A stretch of 64,000 bases of DNA from a virus (Duplodnaviria > Caudoviricetes): the IMG/VR virus record IMGVR_UViG_3300042695_001243, positions 182 to 64,181 of that record. One strand, written 5' to 3'. The translations under genes were made by a program, and so were the position numbers. The notes under the pieces were generated by a model, which saw only the letters and a list, made by a program, of their open reading frames with translations, made no database searches and was not told where the DNA came from. This document shows positions 37,285 through 45,991 of the stretch, in pieces; the stretch's first letter is position 1, and each line of letters starts with the position of its first letter.

Positions 37285-38577
37285 TTACTGGCGGGCGCCG
37301 ATGATTGGCACCACGGTATCCAAGGCGATAACGCCGTGGTCGGTGAAGTGCCTGACACCATTGCCCTGGTCCACGGCCCAGCGAATCTTGGCCAGGCCTT
37401 GAATGGCGCCGATCAGCAGCTCCATCTTGTCGTCGTGGTCGAACGACTTTTCGCTCCAGAAGTAAGGCATGCCGCCCTTGTCGCTGGAGCCGAACGCCTG
37501 CGCAAGCGCCTGTCCACCCAACAGCAAAGCGCGGTCCACGGCGAACGTGGTGCCCAGTGCAGCAGGGACGGTACAGGTTGTCTCCACTTCCGTGGTGTTC
37601 GATGCGCAGTAGCGAATCGTGTCACCGGCATAGAAGCGGATCGGCTTGGGCATCTTGCAAATCAAGACACCATTCCACAAGCCGACTTCACCCAGGAAAA
37701 GCGGGTGGTTATCGGCTTTGGATGCGCGGGCCAGAGCATTCGCCTGGAACTGGCGGAAGTTGGGATCGCTTGCAAAGCCGTGGTACTGGGCAGGCGAGAC
37801 CATCAGGCAGCGCAGCGGCGAGTCCTCTGCCACCTTGTCGCCCGGCAGCTTGATTGCTGGGGGAGGAAGGGCAATCGACTCGATCATGGTGCGAATGCTG
37901 TCCACCACGTCCATGCTCAACTTGTCGGTGCTCTGCAAATCAACTTCACCAGCGATGACGTTGAAAGGCTTGATGGCAGCGCCGTCCGCGATGAAGTGAC
38001 GGTTGCGCGTTGGCGCTTTCACGTCATTGACCGCCATCTCGGCAAACATCTCATGGTCTGCCGTAGGAAGGCGCCACTCGATGTTGTCGTGAAAGCCTCG
38101 GGCGCCAGCCATGTGAACCAGCATTGCTTGGTCCTGATAGCTGTCCATCAGCGATTGAGCGATTGGGCGGCCAATCTTGCGGAAGTTAACCGGGCTGCGC
38201 AGGTCAGTCATGGTGTTGCCAACGTCCACCGGGAAACGCGCCTGATTGACGCGCACACGGCTTTTGTCCAGCGCAATACCGGTGCCCTTGCCCTCGGCTT
38301 GGCGGCTGCCCATGATGGGGTAAGCGCCAACAGGCTGCACGAAGTGGAACTCCACCTCATCGCCCTTGCCACGGGTCAGGTCCACCGTGCGAACCACGGG
38401 CATATCAGTGCTGGTCTGCTTGCGCAGCACGGCATTGACCTCGCCTTCGCCGGAAGGCATCTTGCCGACCATCCGGTTGAGCGTTGAATTGCGCTGCATT
38501 GACTGGGCAAAAAGCCCGGCAGCCTGAACGAATTGGGCATTCGGGGAACCCGACGCCACTGCGGTTTTGCTGGTCAT
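37285..38577 (-). CDS. Major capsid protein, N4-gp56-like (DUF4043)
   Basis: DLTRGKGDEV, PLFLGEVGLWNGVLI, RALLLGGQAL, DHGVIALDT motifs. Confidence 0.88.
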   Translation of the reverse strand: MTSKTAVASGSPNAQFVQAAGLFAQSMQRNSTLNRMVGKMPSGEGEVNAVLRKQTSTDMPVVRTVDLTRGKGDEVEFHFVQPVGAYPIMGSRQAEGKGTGIALDKSRVRVNQARFPVDVGNTMTDLRSPVNFRKIGRPIAQSLMDSYQDQAMLVHMAGARGFHDNIEWRLPTADHEMFAEMAVNDVKAPTRNRHFIADGAAIKPFNVIAGEVDLQSTDKLSMDVVDSIRTMIESIALPPPAIKLPGDKVAEDSPLRCLMVSPAQYHGFASDPNFRQFQANALARASKADNHPLFLGEVGLWNGVLICKMPKPIRFYAGDTIRYCASNTTEVETTCTVPAALGTTFAVDRALLLGGQALAQAFGSSDKGGMPYFWSEKSFDHDDKMELLIGAIQGLAKIRWAVDQGNGVRHFTDHGVIALDTVVPIIGARQ

Positions 38578-38646
38578 GTTTGACCTCCATCTATGGGATG
38601 GGGCTGCCTCATCACGAGGTGGCCCAGGGGGTTACACGGTTGTGGT

Positions 38647-39627
38647 CTAAACCACGCTATTCATCAGCCGGGTCTGCTTTTCAGGGCTAAGGCCGGCCAT
38701 AAAGTCCATCATTGCCGCAGGATTGCCGGCGAGCGCGGCTAGGCGCTCTACATCACCGGCACCGGATGCCGCTGCGCCTGGCAACTCCGACAAACTCATC
38801 GGCGGCTGCTGTTGCGCGTTGGCCAGGGCCTTACTCACAGCATTGGCGGGATTGCCTTTGCCGGTTTGGCCCTTGAACGTCGAAAACACCTCAATCACCT
38901 GCTCTGCTGTGCCCTTTGCCAACGTGTGCTCAATCGCCGCGCGGGCATAGGTGGGCTGATTGCCCATCCATGCCTTGAACTCGGCAGATTCGTACACTTC
39001 GTCGGCGTCCTTGTGCGCGCCATAAATGGCCGCCTCATGGGCACCAATGGCTAACTGCGCCTCGCGCTGCTTGAACGGCGCGAACGCCGCATTGAGCTTT
39101 GCGTCCACCAGGGCAGACGCGCGCTGCTCGACCAGTTGGGCGACACCCTTTGCAATAGCTTCCTCGGAGAAGTCGCCAAAAATGGCAACATCCACGCCTT
39201 GCGATGCTGCGGCCTGAGCCACTGCAAGGTTGCTATCTGATTCAGTGGGCGCCTGCCCCGCGTCCGCGCGGGCCTGCGCGTCCTGCTGGGCGGCGGCAAG
39301 GTTTCGAGCTTGGGCAGCACTTAATGACGCAAGTTGCGCGCGTAGCTGATCGTTTTCAGCTTTGAGCGTGTCCCTTGCCTGTCGTGCTTCAGTGAGCTTT
39401 TCGTAGGGGATCGTGTAAGTGCCGGACTTGCTGGCGATGGGGGCTTGCTGCTCGTCATCCTGAGCGGCTGAACCTGCATCGGCGGCAGGGGCGGTGTTAT
39501 CGACCGGTTGTTGACCTGCGTTGCTATCGGCTGCACTCGTAGAGTCGGGTGTGCTGGATGCGTCCGCGTCCAGATCCAGACTACCGGCGAATGCTGCTTC
39601 GAGCAATTGCTGTGCTTGTGTTGTCAA
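38647..39627 (-). CDS. Scaffolding protein
   Basis: Between portal and capsid; acidic N-terminus, TIPYEKL..AR coiled coil; TTG start. Confidence 0.75.
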   Translation of the reverse strand: MTTQAQQLLEAAFAGSLDLDADASSTPDSTSAADSNAGQQPVDNTAPAADAGSAAQDDEQQAPIASKSGTYTIPYEKLTEARQARDTLKAENDQLRAQLASLSAAQARNLAAAQQDAQARADAGQAPTESDSNLAVAQAAASQGVDVAIFGDFSEEAIAKGVAQLVEQRASALVDAKLNAAFAPFKQREAQLAIGAHEAAIYGAHKDADEVYESAEFKAWMGNQPTYARAAIEHTLAKGTAEQVIEVFSTFKGQTGKGNPANAVSKALANAQQQPPMSLSELPGAAASGAGDVERLAALAGNPAAMMDFMAGLSPEKQTRLMNSVV

Positions 39628-39822
39628 TGCTGTGCTCCATTCCCAGCTATCCGGCCAGGACTGATTGCGTGCACACCGTTTTGAGAATGTGGCCAGGGCC
39701 TAAGCCCCAGCCAGCACGCTCTCCAGCGGCGGGAAAAGCGACATCTCACGATGTTGCGGTTGCGGCCAATGCCTTACGGCTTCGGCCTCGGGCTGAATGT
39801 GCCTGTCCTTGTCAGGTCGTCC

Positions 39823-39837
39823 AACCCGAAGGGGGGG
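39823..39837 (-). promoter_or_regulatory. Late-promoter motif copy 5
   Basis: AACCCGAAGGGGGGG. Confidence 0.65.
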
Positions 39838-39839
39838 GC

Positions 39840-42056
39840 TTATGCGGGCAGGTTGTCCGTTGTGGCCGTTGTTTCGATGCCCGTCATGGGTGAAGCGCCA
39901 CCATCAGGCACGGGCGGGAAGCCTGGGCTGGTGTTTTGATTGACCTCTGGCATTGCGTTGCCTGTAGGTGCCGGAACATCTGCAATGGGGAAATTGGGAT
40001 CGTCGGATCGCACGGGCTTGGTGTACCCGGCGCCTTGCATGATTGCATCAGCTACCGGTGCAATCTGCGGCATCTGTGCGACCTGGGCGCCAGCTTGCAT
40101 TGCACTGAAGGCGGCTTGAACGCCTGTCTGCACGGCCTGCGCCACCATCTGCTGAATGCGCGCCTCGCTCTCGCGCTCCTTGACGGCCAGCTCGCGCTCC
40201 TTGAGCTCGTACATCAACTCCTGCTTGATCTGCTCGCGCAATGCCTCGGGATTTGCTTGACCTTTGGCATTGCGAATGGCCTCCACCACTTCCTTTTTCC
40301 GTGGCAGGTCCATCAAGTCAATCATGAACGGCATGACCACTTGCTGAATCTCTGGCGGCGCGGCCTTCACAGCCTCGGACAGTGCATTGAGCTGCTGCGC
40401 GCGGAAACTGCTACTTGATGGCACATCCTGCAATGCCACCTTGATGCGCGTGCGCTGCACATCGTTGCTGAGATACGGTATGCCAGTGGCAGGATCAGCT
40501 TCAGGCTTATTGAGCACCACAGTGCGCGCTGGGTTGAGGGTGTCGCCCTCAATCACAACAACCTGCTCCTCCTTGCCCATGTCCTCCATGATTAAGGTGA
40601 GAAGCAACTCGCCCACCATCGTGCGGCCGTCCCTGAAGTTATCCATCAGGTCGGCAATCGACATCTGCGACTGCTCGACCTGTGTCTGCTCCTGCACACC
40701 ACTGGTAGCGGTGCCTGTGCGTCCTTGCAACGCTGGAGTAACAGGCGAAACCCGCTCCAAAGCTGCCCGGCTGTCTGCCATTAGCTGAAACTGTTGGGCG
40801 TTAAGCTGGAAGTCGCGCTTGACCTCAAACCGGGCGCCAGGCTGGGCCATTGCATCAGGATTGAGGATGATGTCTGCATCCGGCCTGCCAATCTGGCGCC
40901 GAAATTGCTCATCGGTCATCATCACGGAACCCTTGGTACGCTCAGTCCGTGTGGACGCCATACCCCAGCGCAGCTTGGCAATCGTCGTGTTGAGATTGTC
41001 CTGCGGGAAAAGCATGTCACGCACCAGACCGAACGGCACGCCAGTCATATCCTCCACGTACCCCCAAAAAGGCACATACGGGAAAAACCGGTGCGGATAC
41101 GGTGTTGGCCCATCGAACAAGCAATGCGGCCCCATCCAATAGCTGCGCCTCACACGCGCAACCGTTGTGCGCTCTAGCTTGCCGTGCTGGCTTGCTACTG
41201 CTGCTTGGTGTGCTGGGTTTGATTCGTCGAACTCGACAACGCGGCCACCACGCAATCGCATGATCGTGGTACTCACCCAGCGGCGGTACCACAACTCGAT
41301 GATGCACACCTCATCCGTCTCGCGGCGATGCCATGATTGTTCCCTGCTTGTCCAAGCCCTGTTCTGATTGACGCTCGCATCAAGCCCTGTCGATACGCCA
41401 CCCTCGACGACATAGCCACCATATCCACCAATGCCGCTTGCGGTATCGGCCTGCCGAATCAACTCAGCTTGATCCGGGAAAGCTGCTGCAGCCCTGGTGC
41501 GCTTGATATAACGCTCGCGGAAAAGCCAGCCTGCATCGCTCAGGTCTTTTTCTTTGGCACGCATGTCCCAAAACATCTCATTGCGATGTACTGCCCGGCA
41601 GCGGTGGGCAGGCCCGAACGGATCGCTACTGCGCGCCACCTCAACCCATCCCATACCAACGGCAATTTGCGGCCTGAATGCAGCCGACATAGCGGAATCA
41701 GCGCCAGACAGTCGCTCGGCCTGATTAACGCGATAGTTCATCGCATCTGCTACGTCCTGGCCCTCTGGGTCACCATCGGGAGTGATGCGCCAGTCTGTGC
41801 GCGTCTTGGCCTCGTATCCACACACGGCAGCGATGGCAGGGCCAATGATGTTCTCCTTTGCGGGAGGGATGCCCAAAGCCTGCAAGCGCTGCAAAAGCTG
41901 GCTATCCAACTGGTTGCCGTCCACATAGTCGGCCTCCTTGTCGGCCTGGGCGCGCCATGGCGGCTGGTCGATAGCCTCGTCAATGATGTCGGCGAACTCG
42001 CGTTGCGTTATGGGCTGGCCCAAATCAGCACTAGCGGGGGGCTTTAGGTATTGCAT
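39840..42056 (-). CDS. Portal protein (P22-like)
   Basis: YVDGNQ, FPYVPFWG..GVPFGLVR motifs; after terL; C-terminal coiled coil. Confidence 0.88.
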   Translation of the reverse strand: MQYLKPPASADLGQPITQREFADIIDEAIDQPPWRAQADKEADYVDGNQLDSQLLQRLQALGIPPAKENIIGPAIAAVCGYEAKTRTDWRITPDGDPEGQDVADAMNYRVNQAERLSGADSAMSAAFRPQIAVGMGWVEVARSSDPFGPAHRCRAVHRNEMFWDMRAKEKDLSDAGWLFRERYIKRTRAAAAFPDQAELIRQADTASGIGGYGGYVVEGGVSTGLDASVNQNRAWTSREQSWHRRETDEVCIIELWYRRWVSTTIMRLRGGRVVEFDESNPAHQAAVASQHGKLERTTVARVRRSYWMGPHCLFDGPTPYPHRFFPYVPFWGYVEDMTGVPFGLVRDMLFPQDNLNTTIAKLRWGMASTRTERTKGSVMMTDEQFRRQIGRPDADIILNPDAMAQPGARFEVKRDFQLNAQQFQLMADSRAALERVSPVTPALQGRTGTATSGVQEQTQVEQSQMSIADLMDNFRDGRTMVGELLLTLIMEDMGKEEQVVVIEGDTLNPARTVVLNKPEADPATGIPYLSNDVQRTRIKVALQDVPSSSSFRAQQLNALSEAVKAAPPEIQQVVMPFMIDLMDLPRKKEVVEAIRNAKGQANPEALREQIKQELMYELKERELAVKERESEARIQQMVAQAVQTGVQAAFSAMQAGAQVAQMPQIAPVADAIMQGAGYTKPVRSDDPNFPIADVPAPTGNAMPEVNQNTSPGFPPVPDGGASPMTGIETTATTDNLPA

Positions 42057-42070
42057 GGGATGCCTCTGAG

Positions 42071-43678
42071 TCACGTCCGCCAATCGGCGGGAGGGGGTTC
42101 TTTGTAGCTGCTGTCGTTGCTGCCATAGGCGTCGTCAGAAGGTGTGTAAAGACCCGTTTCCTTGGCCTGAGCCCACTGGCGCATTGCATCGGCGCCTTCG
42201 GTACAGCCGTTACTTTTGTCAGGCTCGTCCGTAAACTTGTTGAGGGCTTGGCTGAACTTCTTTCGGTACCCGCGAAGTCGCTCGATGCCCAGAGCGCACT
42301 GGTCCTTATCAATCCAGGCGCTTTTCAGGTGCTTGCGCAGGGTATGCACGCCGGTCATTAGTTCCGTGATGCGAGGCACGATGACGAAATTCTGACCAGG
42401 CATCAGCGACTGCAACATCTGCTTGGTGGAGCGGTTGAAATCGCCCAGGCGCTTGTGGTCTGCGTCGTGAGGTAGGTAGTGCTTGCCGAACACATAGCCC
42501 AGGCTTTGCAGGTGGCGCACGTAATGCCGCAAGTCCTCGTTGTGTTCCTCGTAGTAGTTCACGAATCGGTCCTCTCCACGCAATGACTGAGCAAACCAGA
42601 TTGCGCAACCGTCGCTGTTGCCGATGTCCCAAAACGTGTAAACCGGCATGTCCAGCAATGGCACGCTCGTGATACCGCCGCGCCGGGTAAGCTCGACCAT
42701 TGTTTTGGTGAGGTAGTGGCCTTCGGTGGACTGCTGGAATGCCTCTCGCGGGGTGGATGGGTACTCTTGCCACATCCGTTCCTCGCGGCCCGCAAAGTCG
42801 GCCAGCTGGGTCGCTGCGTACCATGCTCGTTGCTCAGGGTCTAGCTTGGTGTTGGCCTCCAGCTCCACCTCGTCGAAATACTCGTGCAATCGCGTGGGAA
42901 TCACAACGGTGGTGGCGTCCATCCGGTAGTTTGGCTCTTGCCACCATGCGTAGAAATGGAATCGGTAGTCACGCTCAGTCAGCACCTTGTGGGCGTGGTG
43001 AAGCGCCTCGGCGCGGCTGGAAAGCTCGTAGAACTCGCCGTTTGCGCCTTCTGCTGTTGACTCGATCACCAAAATTCCGGTGGTTGGCACGGCTGGTATT
43101 GAGCCGGTCATGACCTCTTTGGCTTTGTCTGGGTACTTCGCGCAAATCTTCCCGAACTCGGAGATATGCAAGCGATGAATGGTCCCGGAACGCATGGACG
43201 TGGCCACACGCACGCTGCTGTTGTTGTGCGAAAAAAGCAGCTCTGCCGCACTGTCGCGCGCAAGGGGGCAACGCTCGCGAATCTCATCGGGCAGGTTGTT
43301 GTAGGCGTACCGCACCTTGTCCCGAAAGATGGCCTCAGCCGCCTCGCGGTCCTGAGCGATGATCCCGCAGCGCTGGTCTGCGTTAAAGAGGGCATGGTCC
43401 AGCCACAGTATCGCAATCAGCGTCGTGAAACCCAATTGGCGGGCCTTGAGGATGATGTTGCGGTGCCACAGGCGCTTGATGAATCGCCGCTGAGCGCGGT
43501 TGGGCACGAACGGGCGTGAAAACGTCTCGGCCTTGTCGTCTCCCTTGTCGTCGCCCTTGACCATGATCTTGTAGAGACACCCGGAGAACAGGCGCCACTC
43601 AGGATCACGCAGGCAGCGCTCCAGTTCTTCCTCGGTGTTGGGAAGCTGGTTCAATGGGACGCTGGGCCGGGCCGACAC
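42071..43678 (-). CDS. terL: Terminase large subunit
   Basis: ILKARQLGFTT, HISEFG, ESTAEG, FWDIG, ADAMR motifs. Confidence 0.93.
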   Translation of the reverse strand: MSARPSVPLNQLPNTEEELERCLRDPEWRLFSGCLYKIMVKGDDKGDDKAETFSRPFVPNRAQRRFIKRLWHRNIILKARQLGFTTLIAILWLDHALFNADQRCGIIAQDREAAEAIFRDKVRYAYNNLPDEIRERCPLARDSAAELLFSHNNSSVRVATSMRSGTIHRLHISEFGKICAKYPDKAKEVMTGSIPAVPTTGILVIESTAEGANGEFYELSSRAEALHHAHKVLTERDYRFHFYAWWQEPNYRMDATTVVIPTRLHEYFDEVELEANTKLDPEQRAWYAATQLADFAGREERMWQEYPSTPREAFQQSTEGHYLTKTMVELTRRGGITSVPLLDMPVYTFWDIGNSDGCAIWFAQSLRGEDRFVNYYEEHNEDLRHYVRHLQSLGYVFGKHYLPHDADHKRLGDFNRSTKQMLQSLMPGQNFVIVPRITELMTGVHTLRKHLKSAWIDKDQCALGIERLRGYRKKFSQALNKFTDEPDKSNGCTEGADAMRQWAQAKETGLYTPSDDAYGSNDSSYKEPPPADWRT

Positions 43679-43679
43679 A

Positions 43680-44627
43680 TCAATCCTCGTCGTCGTCGCC
43701 AACATCCGCGCGCATGGGCAGGCCGGTCGCGGGCTGGCGCTCGGGGTCCACGGCCACGGGCACGAACCCGTTGCTGTTGCCTTGTGCAATGCGGGTCAGC
43801 AGCGAAGAAAGCGGGTCGGCCTTCTGCTGGTTGTCCTTCTCGTAGAGGCCCACATGCTTTGCCAGCTTCTCCACGGCGTCCATCTTGGAGTGCGACAGCA
43901 CCTCAATGCCGTACTTCGTCTCCTTGGCGCCCGCATACAACGCCGCGGCCGCCGGGCTCAGTTGCCGGGTGTCCTTGATGACCGTGCGCGCGTGGCCTTC
44001 ACCCACACAGTCGGGGCAGTCAGGGTGTGGTGGGCGGTGCGGGTTGTAGCCAATGCCGCCTTCCTGGTCGAAGTCGGCTGGGTTTTTGCCTTCCTTGCGC
44101 CACTGCTCCATGTCGGCATTCATTTCGCCCACAGTGCGCTGGCGCTTGAAGCCTTCGCCCCAGCAGTGGCGGCAGCAGCCTTTGCGCACTTCAACAAGTT
44201 CACGGGCATCCGCAAAAGCCACAAGTGCAATTGCAGTCAACACCTTGTCAGCGGTGATGCCTGTTCGCTCCTGCTGTGCTTTGCGTGCTATCGAAATCGC
44301 AGCTTGGATTTCAGGTTTTTTCAGGTTCTCGTGGCCGATTGATCCAGCTGTATCCGGGCTGTATCCGGCCCGAATCGCGGCCTGGGTGGCGTTCAAGTCC
44401 ACCAAGTATTCCTCAACGAACCTTTGCTGTTTCTGGCTTAATCCATTATCGGCATTGTCTTGCCCGCTATCATTTTTGATTTCTTTGGCGGGCGCAGGCT
44501 TTGGCTTAGGTGGTGCAGGCTTACGCTTTGCAGGCGCAGCAAAGCCCGCAGCACTTACGGGCGCAGCGGGCTTCTTGGGCTGTGTTTTTTTGGGTTGCGC
44601 CTTTTTTGGCGCGGGGTTTGATGCCAT
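43680..44627 (-). CDS. terS: Terminase small subunit with Zn-ribbon insert
   Basis: RFVEEYLVDLNATQAAIRAGYS; CRHC/CPDC. Confidence 0.92.
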   Translation of the reverse strand: MASNPAPKKAQPKKTQPKKPAAPVSAAGFAAPAKRKPAPPKPKPAPAKEIKNDSGQDNADNGLSQKQQRFVEEYLVDLNATQAAIRAGYSPDTAGSIGHENLKKPEIQAAISIARKAQQERTGITADKVLTAIALVAFADARELVEVRKGCCRHCWGEGFKRQRTVGEMNADMEQWRKEGKNPADFDQEGGIGYNPHRPPHPDCPDCVGEGHARTVIKDTRQLSPAAAALYAGAKETKYGIEVLSHSKMDAVEKLAKHVGLYEKDNQQKADPLSSLLTRIAQGNSNGFVPVAVDPERQPATGLPMRADVGDDDED

Positions 44628-44868
44628 GGCCCGGATTTTTCCGGGGCCACTGATATGTGTCTAACCTGAGAGGGGGGGGCTGTATGGACATCCAGGGATC
44701 AATGCCTTTGGCTATCGCAGCGCAGGCAAGGGCTGTGCGCTTGTCAATAGCGTTTGCACCCGACAGCAGTTTTGCAAATCCAGAGCGTGATATGCCAAGT
44801 GCTTCGGCGGCGGTCTCGTAGGTGTAGCCCATTTGGGCCTGCCAGGCTTTGAGGTTGGCAGGGGTCAT
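44521..44868 (-). CDS. XRE-type HTH protein (tail overlaps terS start)
   Basis: LKAWQAQMGYTYETAAEALGISRS helix-turn-helix. Confidence 0.7.
   Translation of the reverse strand: MTPANLKAWQAQMGYTYETAAEALGISRSGFAKLLSGANAIDKRTALACAAIAKGIDPWMSIQPPPLRLDTYQWPRKNPGHGIKPRAKKGATQKNTAQEARCARKCCGLCCACKA
44663..44677 (-). promoter_or_regulatory. Late-promoter motif copy 6
   Basis: AACCTGAGAGGGGGG. Confidence 0.7.
44680..44695. promoter_or_regulatory. Possible LexA box
   Basis: CTGTATGGACATCCAG fits CTG-N10-CAG. Confidence 0.5.
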
Positions 44869-45356
44869 ACGCCGTAAACAGTCTTGCGAACCGGGCAGAA
44901 CATCCAGTCGCCGTCTGGAATTCGTGCCAGCGCGCTCACTGCGGCGCACAGCTTCAAGATGGCGTCGTGCGTACCGTTGTCGCGGCTGTACTCTTTGTTG
45001 ATTCCGACATCAACGCCGATTAGCTGCCGGGCTGCGTGCGCTGCAGACTCGTCGTCGATAACGTCAAAAAATTGCCGCAAGTACGGGCCTTCCGGTGCGC
45101 TTTCCATCTTTGCCGAAAAAAAACGGGCCAGCGCGATGTGCCACGCGCCAACCACAAACCATTGCGAGCGGCCTGTTTTTGCGTAAGCCAGCTGCACCGA
45201 ACCATCGTTGGCGCGCCGCCCGATGATGCTTACAACACCACGACCGCCGTCCGCCATCTTCTGTGTCTCTGCGTAGGATTCTTGGACTCCTGGCAGCCAT
45301 TGCGCGTCTGCGAAATCTTCAATCTTGTCAATGTTTGCATAGACAACTTGCGCCAT
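44865..45356 (-). CDS. Hypothetical protein
   Basis: 163 aa; AGGGG RBS; ATGA overlap with HTH gene. Confidence 0.65.
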   Translation of the reverse strand: MAQVVYANIDKIEDFADAQWLPGVQESYAETQKMADGGRGVVSIIGRRANDGSVQLAYAKTGRSQWFVVGAWHIALARFFSAKMESAPEGPYLRQFFDVIDDESAAHAARQLIGVDVGINKEYSRDNGTHDAILKLCAAVSALARIPDGDWMFCPVRKTVYGV

Positions 45357-45366
45357 TTTTAACCCC

Positions 45367-45591
45367 TTATGCGTTTACTTGCTCGGCGCGATATATCTGA
45401 CCGAAGCGCTCCACGACTTGCCGTCGCGTTGCGCGAAGTGGCATGTGCGCCTTGCCGTCATGCGCCCAACCAGAGCCGTCTGCACACTTCACGCGCTTGA
45501 TCCACAGCACTCCATCGACGCCGTTGTATGTCATGCGCTCTGCGGCCTCGTACTTGAGGGCATCGCCAAGCGTGAAAGTTGTTGCAGCCAT
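45367..45591 (-). CDS. Hypothetical protein
   Basis: GGAG RBS; first gene after sigma70 promoter. Confidence 0.65.
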   Translation of the reverse strand: MAATTFTLGDALKYEAAERMTYNGVDGVLWIKRVKCADGSGWAHDGKAHMPLRATRRQVVERFGQIYRAEQVNA

Positions 45592-45636
45592 GATGATCTC
45601 CTAGTTTGCGCACCCGGAATCGAGTGCATGAGGCCT

Positions 45637-45665
45637 ATTGTGCAGTGTATTTAATACACTGTCAA
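45637..45665 (-). promoter_or_regulatory. Sigma70 promoter with 19-bp palindromic operator
   Basis: TTGACA-17-CACAAT on minus strand; CAGTGTATTTAATACACTG 45643-45661. Confidence 0.75.
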
Positions 45666-45991
45666 CACATTTTTGGCGGTACGCTAAAAAAAATTTGCAG
45701 CGCGCTGGAATCAAAAAATAGTGCAATCCAGGGGGTTGCGGTAGGGGTTGCGCCCACTGCCTTGAAACCCGCATGAAATAAGGCTTTTTGCAAATTGCAA
45801 GGGGTTGCATATTGCATGCAGCCGGGGTTGCAACAACATCGTCCAAGCGGACGCTATCCGTCCGGCACATCGTCCAGGCGGGCGCGCACCCACTTTGCGC
45901 CGCCCAGCTCACTCTGTAGGTTCGGAGCAAATAAGTGCTGTGCTACAAACACTGCGGCGCCATCGCGCCGCGCAAATGAGGAAGAGACGCA

